From: Trichoplax sp. H2
Lineage: Eukaryota
Reading direction: 5' to 3'
Assembly (NCBI GenBank): GCA_003344405.1
Contig: NOWV01000002.1
Coordinates: 1,364,001-1,428,000, forward strand
Length of the DNA: 64,000 nucleotides
Below the pieces are notes generated by a model that searched no databases, was not told the DNA's origin, and was given only the letters and a program-made list of their open reading frames with translations. Shown here piece after piece: positions 13,102-25,200 of the stretch. Made by a program: the position numbers and the translations under genes. Position 1 is the stretch's first letter. The number at the start of each line of letters is the position of its first letter.

Positions 13102-15651
13102 TTATCTGGGTATAGGCCTTGATTTAGTCTTATTACTTGTCCGTTTCATAGCTCTATGGTCGGCTAATGACGCTGGCCTATGTCGCAAATTCCAGCACGT
13201 TTTGCAATAATATGCCCAACATAAACTATCGCGGCAAAAGTATGGGCCTGGGGCTTTATGACATTGAGTGCACATAGCATCTCGCAAATAAGGATCCAGT
13301 TGTATCTACATACATAGAGCATTAAATCACTTCAAGAAATACATCATAAGGTTTCAAAATAAACGTTCCTAGTGATCATTATTAAGTTAAAAGTACCGTA
13401 CATACCCGTTTTTTAAACTTTTTAGTTCGTATTTCTACAAAAGCAGCATTTACGGCTTTGATGTAGGATTTACGATTACTGAAGATCACCCGACCAGAAC
13501 CTAAAATCATTAATATTTCGTAATTATTGCAGCGGTATAAATTAACATTTTGATTTAATTTTTTGTTTTTTTAAAGCTACCACCTATTGGGTATTTATAT
13601 TGGTCAGTATCTATGCCAGCATAGACAACTCCGCCAAACAGATCATCCATGATGTGCATAAGACCGTCTGTAAGAAAATAAAAAATTAAAGGTTTGCCAG
13701 CCTTGGATATTGCTATTCGAAGTTCACTTTGTAATATATATTGAGTTAACCAATAGTGGGAAGAGGTTCCCCACAGCAAGCAGGGAGCTATTTTTATGCG
13801 ATTCTACATGTAGGGCAGATAAAGTTAAGAAGTTACCTGCATTCAACATGCCATGCAATCCACCGACAAATATCGTTTTATCTATATCCAGTCGGGAACT
13901 TGCTATTCTTAATGCATTGCTATCATTCAATGCCCAAGGGATTACTTGCACTTCTTTGCTTTTTCGTTGTCTACTGGATACCAGTTGATAATATTTATCA
14001 TCTGAGCGCGAGCAGTTTTGAAGTAACTTCTTAACAGACTCGCTCGAGTTAAAAATCAGGTAGACATACCCTAAGTTCAGTCAAATACGCGATTATTAAT
14101 TTTTTAGATACTTTCACCTTGTAAATCATGTCATGAGAGTTTAAAAATATAAACCTTTCGGAGGATGTTTGGAATGGTCGCAATCTTTGCCAGGCCATTC
14201 GACTGTAACATTACCGTAGGTTCCAAACGAGGCCAACAGTTCAACTATTTTAATAAAGTAATAAGGTTAAGAGCAATATTTCTTGAAAGGAAATGGATCA
14301 TAGACAATTTGAACTTTTAAACAATGGACTATACCACTCAAGGGACACAAAATTTTTTTTAAGCGGTAATCATCAACACCTTAATTTAAGGTTTCAAGCA
14401 GAGAAACCTGCAGTTTTGTTGTCTGATAACTACTATTAAGCGTAAATTACATCAGTCTTTGCACACCTTCTGTAATATCCCAGGGCACCCCACCAATGAA
14501 AACCTTAACGGAGTATTCTGGCTCGATAAGAATTTTTCTAGGTAAACTACCGTGCCAAGTGATCTTAGGGTCGCATGATTCTAAAAAGATTACGTTGTAT
14601 AGCATTAGATCAACCACGACTGCTAATCATGGGTACTCTTACTAATTAAAAACACAATATCTTTCATTGTACTTGGCGACGATATATTGATTTATACATT
14701 AATGCATGGCATGTATGCATAAAAATATAGTGTAAAGTAACAAAATTTGGTAGGGTTGACAATTTTTACAGTATATTAAAACTTTGAATCATTTCCTAAT
14801 ATGGTACAAGTGCACCGAGGATAATTGCTAAATCTTGACTAGACTCTACGTTTATAAAATTAATTAATTAAGTTCATTCTTACGCGCTAATCCTTTGCCA
14901 CCTTGCCTTGAAGGATCATCTCGTAACTTCGGTGAGGATTCACTGCAAAAGCCACGGGTAATAGCTGAACTCCAGCCACCAGTGGCTGTCATAAATTGTA
15001 TCAGGAAGGAATAAAGCAGTTAAGAAAAATTTTTTATGAATACTTTAATTAGCAAGGTCGAATTTTCGTGATGGAATTTATATTGACCGAGTTTTCATAC
15101 TTTACAGAAATGAATACTCACGGTGAAATTCGAGAATATTATTTTCAGTACTCCCAAATCCATTCTGATAGTTAACCAAGTCAGTTGAAGTGAAACTTAA
15201 ATTTCTTTGAAGCTGAAATTAAATATATTAAATTATAATCAAAAGAGAAGTTTTGATAAAAAGCATATGAACAAATTTGTAGTACCGGTATTTATATTTG
15301 TATATATATATATATGGACAAGTACATGGACATATATATATATATATATACTATACTCGATGTGATAACTGAAGTGAAAAATAAGGCCAATAAATACCAG
15401 ACATTTTCAAAGCGTTTAAAAAAAGATGAAAAAATTTATTAAAAATATTTCATTAATAACTTTTATACTTTGTGCGAAGGCCATGCTCCTTCGATCATTG
15501 GTTCCACATTATGCTGATTAAGCCAGGGATGAAGAGTAAGTTGTTGAGTTTGATGGTTATTATTACTGGTAGAGTGACTTCCATTGCTGTCAATTCTCAG
15601 GAAATCACTTGAATGCACAGAATGTGCAGAATTCGCAGCTATTTTGTTCAT
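13102..15651 (-). CDS. CPEB1: Cytoplasmic polyadenylation element-binding protein, CPEB1/Orb subfamily (2 RRM + ZZ-type zinc finger); multi-exon, start uncertain (15651 or 15726)
   Basis: Minus-strand exons give TWHGSLPRK...[16 protein letters not shown] (~14468-14580), [66 protein letters not shown] and [14 protein letters not shown]...[18 protein letters not shown]. These match CPEB1 rather than CPEB2-4. Confidence 0.92.
15301..15350. repeat. Interrupted (TA)n microsatellite in a CPEB1 intron
   Basis: Two TA runs separated by GGACAAGTACATGGAC. Confidence 0.85.
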
Positions 15652-17035
15652 ACCGGAAAATATTAAATGGACGGAAACAATAAGAGATGAAGTTGTTAGA
15701 AATGAGAATTTCAAAAGAGGTTTCATTAGATATATGCGTCAAACTCAATTCTCAGTTCCACCGTGTGATGTACTGCAATATGCAGCAGTTGATATTACTT
15801 TTTATTCTGGGTACCTACCTGCAATTCTTCCATCTCCTATGGGAGAAATCAATTTTAGCGCACTTTGAAAAGGGCTTTCATTGCTGTCTCGACTTTCAAA
15901 ACTCTAAGAATGAAGTGACAAGTGCAAAGAAGAAAACAAATTAGATCGCGCCTACAGTTATTTCTGGCTTCATTTTGGATATCTAACACAAGAATAGGCT
16001 TTTAACAATGTCACAAAAAATTTTCACAGGACGTCCATGAGAAAATGAACAGTCCATATACTGTCATTGTAAATACAATACTTTCTAATGTCGCAAGCGC
16101 ATCGAGTCCAAAACATTTGTATCCATTTCAACAGCATACCGTTCATTTCTGAATCATTGAAGGAAACTAAGCCCTTGAATAAAGCATTTAATGCTCTAAA
16201 CTTGTGCGGACTATCATTTCAAACTGTTACGTGATCTACGAGACTGTGGAAATAGCTAGCACTAAACAAGTCTCTCCAACCAATCACTGGCTAAAGATAA
16301 AAAAGTCTGCAGGTTTTGTAAACTACTGTGAATTTCAGCATTTCGTTGCAGTGAAAAAATACAGACATAACCAAATAGTCAAATGTACCATGGTATCATC
16401 ATTCAATGATTAGGCGGTGAGATTAATTCATGAAGTTTTATTACAATTTACGAATCTAACCTCAGAATGCATAGCGGAAGGGATCTTAGTGTAAAAAGAA
16501 ACCAACTCACACCAAACAAATCTTTCCAAAAAATGGAGACTCAAGTTGAGGACGAACGGTTAAGTACAGTATTGTCAGTCGTGTAAGATCCGAATGACGC
16601 ACTTTCCTTTCAGTCTTGCGTGTATCCGTACAATTGCACCTTCAAGTAGGCTCCAATACGGTACGATACCGTTGTGAGGCAACAACTGATGCGATTGTTA
16701 TGTGTTCAGATTTCGGACGTAAATAATAAATACCTAATCAAATATTCAGTCAATCCTGTAACTTTGCCAGCAAATAAAACTCGACTCTTGCAGATATGTA
16801 GTTTTTGTATGGTGCGCTAGGAGCCCACAGGAACAGTAGCACTATACTGTACTGTTTGTACTCTAAATGTGGCGCAGTACTCTACTCTGTCAGGTACTGT
16901 ACCAACCAGCCAGGCAATCAGAATTGGAGTTTTATCTTTCTTGAAGGCGTGTTGGAGATTCTTATATAGCAATTTCTTGAGTCACTACTTTTATACAGGA
17001 TCATGTGCCTAGGAGATCATGGGAATGCGTCCATA

Positions 17036-17180
17036 TGATTGGATAAATTGACAGCACGTGTCAGACTTGGTACAGTACATATCATTCCAGCTTGCAGTCG
17101 AAATGCCGAAGCGTTGAAACGATAACTACAGTATCAGCAATTCAGCATATTGAAAAATGAATTTTGAATTTGATTGACAG
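17036..17180. promoter_or_regulatory. Candidate cis-regulatory cluster upstream of CPEB1 (CCAAT, TGACAG, CACGTG E-box, PBX-MEIS/PREP decamer TGATTGACAG at 17171-17180)
   Basis: Motifs read directly: TGATTGGATAAATTGACAGCACGTGTCAG and TGATTGACAG. Function is inferred only. Confidence 0.35.
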
Positions 17181-19052
17181 ATAATATGATTTTTGGGGAA
17201 GTGAAAAATTCATTGCATCCCTATTACATCGTTAATAATTTTACTTAACTTAAAAGGAATTTCAATAACCAATGAAAGCTGTGATCACTGAAGTAGTTGA
17301 TGAAGATACGTCGATAAAATGGACATCGATTTTTAGCGCTTTCGCGTTCGTGGCGAAACTCAAAAAATGGGAGCGCACAAACCTTCGGTACTATACTCTG
17401 TACTCTACTGTACTGTACTATACTGTACACTACAGCACTATCACGCTGTGCGACTCTCGTCATGCGCCATTCAGCCCAGCAGCCGTTCTGTACTCTGCGC
17501 ATTTAAAATGACATTAGCAACTTACGGCTAAAATGAAATGAAAAATTAATTGGTCTGGTAGAGTACAGTAAGAGAGAAGTAATCCCTCCTTTTAGCTTAC
17601 TTGTATACCAAACGGAAGTGTTCTGTCAAACGCAAATTTTGCAGTCTGACTCTGCCCTGAAAGTTTCATTGCAATATACTTTTTATCTTCTACGGTTTAA
17701 ACCTGAAACCTTAAATAGTGCCTGTAACCAGTAATGTCGGTATTGAACTTCATTCCGAATCGGGGCCTTTCCGGTGCATTATACTGTACTGTACTTTGAT
17801 ACATTGCCGTACACTTCAAGTACAAAATGATAATAATAATATTATATATCATTAATATACTGTACAGCAGTACTTGAATTAAGTTGCGTAATATATCATC
17901 AATGTAATGTATAGCGTGCATTTCCGTGCGATATCTTACACCTTGCATGACCTATGACGGTTGCTGATGTTTATTTAATTAATTGAATTTCATTTATTTA
18001 TTTTATTTAGGGTTGCCAGTTACCATATCATTTTATTAGACTGACATAAGGAAATACAGTCATGAAAAATTTGAAACCCGTTATTAGTAGGCTACGGTAA
18101 ATCAAAACAATCAGTTATACGCGACACTTGTAGCTATGTTTATCAATTTTTGCTATGCATTACGATACGAATACTCAACTGTATCGAGCTACCAAAGGCC
18201 TCATTTAAATTAAGTGAAGGGAAAATCGAGGATTTTAATTCATCAGTCATTATTGCAGTTAATTATACCCTAAACATGTCATTAAAATTATGACCGAAAA
18301 ATTATAATATGACAGTTCATAATGGTCTAATTGTAGTTTTAATGAATGTCTTTTATTTTGGATAGGATCCGCTAAGTTAAAATAGATGCGACGTTATTTT
18401 GTAGCAAATTTAGAGGTAAACCTCTATGGTATCAAGTTTAAACTATAAGGACTCAGTACAGATTCAATGCCGAAGTGAATACTATACGATAGCTGTTGTA
18501 CGGTACGAAACCGAAAACTTGAAAGGTATTTTATGTTTGCTTTTCATCGTAAGTTATTAAGGTACGAAGTCCAAAGCACCTTCCTGTTATAGTTTGCAAG
18601 TATAGCGATATGTAAAGACCTATTGTTTTGTTTACAGCATATGAAAAAAGAAATTAATCTCACACAATAACATACTACGCTGCATTTATTATGGATATTA
18701 TATTATTTATTTAGCAAATCTAAGGCAACTTAATTTGTTTTCTGATTATTTAAATTAATTGATAATACTTGCACAATTCACCCGCTACAACAATTAGTGT
18801 TAATAAGAAGTGAAATCTTGAATTCAGGCTGAAGGAAGCTCGGAGTGAACCTTTGCTCACGATTTCTAAAAAGTGTGATTTGTGCCAATACCGCACAGCT
18901 TAATTTACTGTACTACAAATGGATCAAGGAGCGCAGCGCAATTCTACTAGTTACCTACTACGCATAACCCTTAAATCTTAACACTAGTATTTGATCAATC
19001 GGAACGATGATTGTAGTAATTAGAAATGGTATACATAATTATACGTTACTAC

Positions 19053-22000
19053 TTAAGAGCACGTTTCCTTTCTAATGTGTAATTCCAAGTTTTCATACAC
19101 ACTATCGTTATCTTCGTCTTCTTTACAAGATAGACCATTATTATAAGTACCATATTCTACTTTTTCAGCTTCGCCGTTGCCTGTCATGGTAGCACTGGTC
19201 TCTTCAGTTCTTAGCTGAAACGTAAGACGTAAACGTAAATTTTTATTACATAAATTTTCTGAAAGAAATACTCTGTGATGAAATATTGACTTAAGATAAT
19301 AAATAGCAAATTAACTTTACTGACCAAGTAATAAATGACCGCTATAATACTCATTAAAGTTCCAAGGGCCAGCATTGTTAACAAAACTATCGTCCATAAT
19401 CTGCTACCGCTATTTGCTTTTGCTTCTATGTTTGAGAATACTGTTAAAACCTATGAAAGGTAAAGATGAAAATGTCAAAGAAATGGTCCTGCTAAATACG
19501 AATATGAATGCTTTTAATAATAATAACGTAAACACATGATCACTTATCAACTAACTAGCAGTTCATATGATGTTTACATTGTATGCAATTGTACAGCAAA
19601 ATCGATGTCAGACTTATTGATCATTGATACATATATACAGTGCGGTAAACGTTTCGAAACTGCAGCAATCTGCATTACATCAAATGATGAACGATACACT
19701 TTTAATTTTGTTAAAAGACTTTTTCAACTGCAGTACAGTTATGGACTAGTAGAAGAAGGTTTTCTTCTACTAGTCCATGTTACAATGTAGAGTAAAAGTA
19801 CGAATTCAGTATATCACAGTGAAACACATTACGTGATACCAACTACCGTACTGTGGTACTACCGATTTACGTGTATTGTAATCTAAACATTCATGATTCA
19901 GTCATCACCAATTCATAACGACATTTCCAATTCGACCATTACTACACTTAACTGTTGCAGTAGTAAAGGTTGATGGGATTCTACAGGGATTGCAGTAAAA
20001 CAACTTGAGTTTTTTCGAGAGAAGAAACTAAAGTAATTAGTAATTTTATGCTGTACTACTGAATGAATTCCCGAATACAGCAAGAACTTTATAATTGACT
20101 AAATGAACTTAGGTTGTAGATCAGTTCCCCATTCATGTGCTTATTCTAACGATGATGTTTTAAAACGTTACTTATATCGCCGATATAATTTTATTGATTA
20201 TTTAACCGAAGACATTTACTCCGTAGAGAACTTTTATAGGATACAGTACCGTACTTGGAGTTTGTGGCAGTACTAAGCTGAATTTTCCTTCGATTGAATT
20301 GACTAATTATAATTAGGTTTATCATTATTGATCGGTTTCATGAGTAAGCCTCTATAAATATTTGATGTCTTTCTTATTAAGATTGTTGGGGGCCATTTAC
20401 CTTGGTATTTTGGCCCAACTCGATAAATTTAAAAAGAATTTATTCGAAAACAACTAATGGAGGTGGGAATTGCGTATATATATCTGTTTTAGAATTACTT
20501 CAATTATTGTATGCGCTTCTACAGTACTGTACAATACAAGTACCGAGCACTGTACTGTAAGTCTCTGTAAGTGTACTGTACTGTACTGTACTGTACAGTA
20601 AGTCAGCGTTACTGCGGTAAAGTAAGTACTGTAAGTGTACTATACTGTACACTGTACACTTGTACAGTACAAACGTGTGCTGCACGGTATTGTTTGGTGC
20701 TGAAAGCTCGTCCACCGCTAAATAAAGAGCGTTTACTTGCAGTGCTGTGAATTCATCATGATGGCCACAGGAAACTGTAAATTGTGAATGATTCATTGAT
20801 TAATTATTAATTACTATACGTACGTACAATGTCAGAGTATGGACATGATTCATTCACAATTGAGAAATTGCCAATGGATAAGTCTGTGCTAGAGGCGGAG
20901 GAACTCAATTATAATGTACTGTGTTGTACTCTAGCGGCACTGATTGTGTACTTTACAAACTTAGCATCAGCTGTGATAGATCAAGGTTGACTGATGAAAA
21001 AATACGCACTGGTAAATACCACCGAATCGCATTTTTCATCGTGATAACAACTACAGCTTAAAATATCATAATTTAGGAATTCAGATCATTCATCGGCAGA
21101 TGAATTTGTTATGGTAGCGCGTTTTGAGGGAGGATTGATGCTCTAAATGCGCAGAGTGCGTTATTAAACAGTCAAAACTGGAATTTATTTCTGTGTTACG
21201 ATGTCATTATTTATGAAATCAATAGACTAAGGTACGTATTTTGAGTATAACGTAATTTTTATGGGCTCTGCAGGCAAAGCAAAAGTATGGTAGTATATAC
21301 AAATCCATAATCAGCAGATTCAGGATCATGAGTTAAATAAAGGCTAAGTATGGATAACTCACTCGCTGACTTCGTTATGACCATAACAGTTGGCATTAGT
21401 ATTTGCAAAATATTAAAAGGGAGGGATTTCTTAAATGATTACTTATCGAAATGGTTTTAAATCAGTTACGAAAATCGGCAACTGCATATTTGATATTTTA
21501 AAATTGAACTTTGTAGTTGCCTTGTTTAGTAACTACCTTAACCCAGAATCTATGTGATGGTATTAGGGATTATTATCAGTAATAACTGTAAGTAGATTAA
21601 ATTTAAACGTATCCATCCATATCTATCAAGCCACTAGCTTTATAATATGATGTACTGTACGTATTTGACGGCCAATCAAATAGTGCATCGCCTAATGAAA
21701 TACACGATGCATCAAAATTTACTATTGACATTTAGGTACATCGGTCGATGGTTCGTTCGGTTTACTTGCTATTTTATATTCGTACCTTGCCGACAAAGGG
21801 TGTACCCAAAAATTTTCCTACCGCTTCCGGCCCCATTTTAAGTAATTGCTCTCCTGCTGCCACTGTTAAACCATCACTTCTAATATTGACCCAGTTGTTA
21901 ACATGCCAAGTAACCATGGTTTTATTGGAATCTTTTTGCCCGGTTATCTTATCGATCTTTATTTGATAGTTTTCAATTGGATTGGTGCTGCTTTGAAAGA

Positions 22001-22242
22001 AAAGTTTCGTCAACTTGACAACGAATTTGGACCTCGATTTGTTAAATTGATCTGGACCGATTCCAATATCAAACATGACAACTGCTCTTTTATACTCCTA
22101 AATATATTTCGAGATATTTTTAAAGAAAATATCTAAAATAACTTTAATTGGATAAAATTACGACACTTACCTCTGCAACTATCGTTACCGCAGCTGTTAG
22201 TTCAGATAAGGTATAGAATTCCATCGTACGGTTAGTCATCAT
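19053..22242 (-). CDS. Spliced single-pass membrane protein with a ~110-aa ectodomain (possibly SEA-like) and a Tyr-motif cytoplasmic tail; 5' end uncertain
   Basis: Exons 22242-22171, 22097-21786, 19450-19321 and 19258-19053 have GT/AG borders and consistent phases (0,0,1). Product: ...AVTIVAE-EYKRAVVMFDIG...GKFLGTPFVGK-VLTVFSNIEAKANSGSRLWTIVLLTMLALGTLMSIIAVIYYLV-KNLCNK...DNDSVYENLELHIRKETCS*. Confidence 0.65.
20515..20675. repeat. Dense TACTG/TACAG pentamer patch (mixed orientation)
   Basis: GTGTACTGTACTGTACTGTACTGTACAGTAAG and many neighbouring TACTGTA/TACAGTA units. Confidence 0.85.
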
Positions 22243-25200
22243 GATGTTGAAATTGAGAAATTTGGATAAATAATGTAATAAAAGTTACTATGAGATATCT
22301 TTTGCGTATATATAGCATATGTAACCTATATTGACGTTATTAAAAAGCTGAAAATGCAGTAAAGAGTATCGAACTCTGCAATAGATTCGCGATAACTGTA
22401 ATAAGAATTCCCTTTGTATGCTCTAAAATAATATATAAATATATATATATTTATATATGTAATCATAATTATATACATTCGGCTACGAACCGAGAAGTAT
22501 CGTAGATAAAATAATTCGAAAATGTTGTTTCTGGGCCAATTTCATTTTCTACAATTAAGATAGGATGTGGTTGTGCAAAAGTAGGAAATTGCAGTGCTTA
22601 GCCAGTGCCGTACCATATAGTTTACTGAAAGTTATAAATTTAAAATTAACGGGACAGAAGAAGAATGGCTACACTATAAAATTTTAATCAAAAGGAGGAC
22701 CTACTACTAATTCAGCCAAGAATTATAATGTAAATTAGTTTCTAAGTTAGAAATCACCCATGCTATGTTACTAATGAAAATTTTGTATTCGACTTTAATA
22801 TATCGAAAAAATTGTACGATATTTCGTTATTCCAGGCAACTGTGCCAGAGAAATGAGATGGGTGACTAATCACGAACTAATGATACGGCACTATGCGACA
22901 TAGTAAATTGTATTTACTGACGGTAATATTAATTCGAATAAAAGTGATGAATGATGCATTTAGATGCGACTGATAGTTTAAATGTAACAGCTGTTGTCAT
23001 AATACTGAATACGATTGTTTTAGTTATTAATAATACTAGTAGAACTCACAGCTCGTGATACTTCGCGTACTTGTTTACTTTACACTGTGAAATATATCGC
23101 TTTATACTGTACTCTGTACTATGTCACTAGTTTTAATGGTAGATCTGCACATTTTAAATAAAAAGCGATAACTTTCAAAATAGACTTTATTTTGATATAA
23201 CTACAAGAGTATGAAACAGTAAAATTGTGATAAACTTCGCTATGATTATGAAATTGTATGCAAACACGTTTACATGTAAATCTTTCAGAAGCAAATAAGT
23301 AAATGTTGTTATTAAATGTAATTTCCAGAGAAAACCGCGAAAGTGAATCAGGTAGCCTAGTCTTGTTAATTACTCAAAGATTGCTTCATCTACTGTTAGT
23401 ACTCCACATTGTGCTGTACGGTAGACAAAAGTTTGAAGGAAAGCTATAGCAACTACTGGTATAAACAGACAGCTAAGTACAGAGGAAGCAATGCAAGCAA
23501 TCGCTTTTGTTTTTGTAAGTATTGCTGAACAAAAATTTCAACTAGCTACATTATATTTAGCTAATCGCGCGTTCCAGTAACAAGCGGAAGATATCAAATT
23601 CTAAGAATAAGATTTAAACTAATACAATTATTAAGATTTATAAGATTTAGTGCCTATATAAGTAATCCTATATACAGTAGCCCAATTAGTGAATAATGCA
23701 CTATATTTAACCGATATTAATACAGTTGCTTTAGGGGGACAATTGTAAATAAAGTAAATAAAGTTAATCCCCACCTTACTGTACAAAAATAAAGTATAGA
23801 AACCGCATTGGTATCAGTGGTTTCTGTAGGGGTCAAATTTACATAGTTTATTATAATTGCAGACTATAAGGTGAGAGGGAAAGGTGTGATGCAATAGTAA
23901 CAATCTACTTAAAAATATAATACATAACGTATAAATAAACACCATAACATATACCAGATAAATAACAGAGTTAGATTCTTTGTGTGAGCTTCTGTGAACA
24001 TTAATTTTCAAGTATTTCTGAGATAATCTTAACGTATTCGAGCCTTCAGCAATGCAAAACAATTACTAGTAATTTTTTGCCTGTATTTATTCAAAAATGA
24101 CGTATCGTAGTAACATACGTTGAATTTTAAATATAACGGAAATATTTTGAGATCTGCTGCTTGCTCTGCTGGTCGAGATTGAATTGATTTTCTAGACATA
24201 ACGAAATTAATTGTAATAGATGAAACATTAGATTGTTACTTGGAGAAACGTTAAGTAATATCGATAAGAACAGTACACTAAAAAAATGGCTGCACCAATA
24301 TATAAATACATTATAAAATTTTTGATATTAATTCAGCGAAGTAAATTAATAGCATAACAGTCGAATGTAATGAATAACCGTTTGCCTTGATGTTTCACAT
24401 TTCATACTATCTTATTTAGTGCAATTGTAATTATTCTAATGGAACTAACCCTAGAACATTAGCAGGCTAATTTTAAGTATATAAGAAGTAACCATGTAAG
24501 GATTATTAATAGCTATTACTGTATACGATCATTGCACTTAAGCAATAAGCTCAGAGTAACTATAATGTACACTACACAGTCACTCTAAGTAGAGTAGTAC
24601 ATTATTGATATAATATTGTTAAGACTCTTATCTTTAATGCGGCTTAGGCAATTCTTCTATTTTTAACCAGAAGCAAGCAAAAATTTTTTACAGATTGTTA
24701 TAGATCATGCGATCCTATATGTTAATGGATAACCACCTTTTTTTTTACAATAAAAGTGGATTAAAATAGTAAAGTTCTAGGATTACATTTATATTAGTTC
24801 CAATTAATATAAGTGAAGTCATATTTCTTTCCAATACTGAATAGTGATAATCTATATTTATAAAATAGAGTCTAGACTTCTTTCATTAGCGTCAAATAAG
24901 GAAAAAATTTTCAATAGCTAGCTTTTACAATCTAGTCTTAACTAAAATGATTTTGCATGAACTGTAATAACGAGGCATATTTAAGGTCTTATGCTGGAAT
25001 TAATTCTATGGTAACATGAAGATATATTGAGATTATGAGTGCGGAATTCTGTTAACTAAAAGATACTAAATGCGCGCCCTAGAGATACTTTTTTACGATA
25101 AATAACTTTGAAGCGTTCAACAGGATCAAAGCACAAGTCAGCACCAAGATCAAACAAGGATAAATGCATTAAGAAAAATGAAATTGTATAGTTCGGCTTA

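Noticed and set aside
17245..20796. Tyr/Ser/Thr/Val/Gln-rich ORFs (YSTVQYST...)
   Set aside because: These are translation artefacts of TACAG/TACTG pentamer patches.
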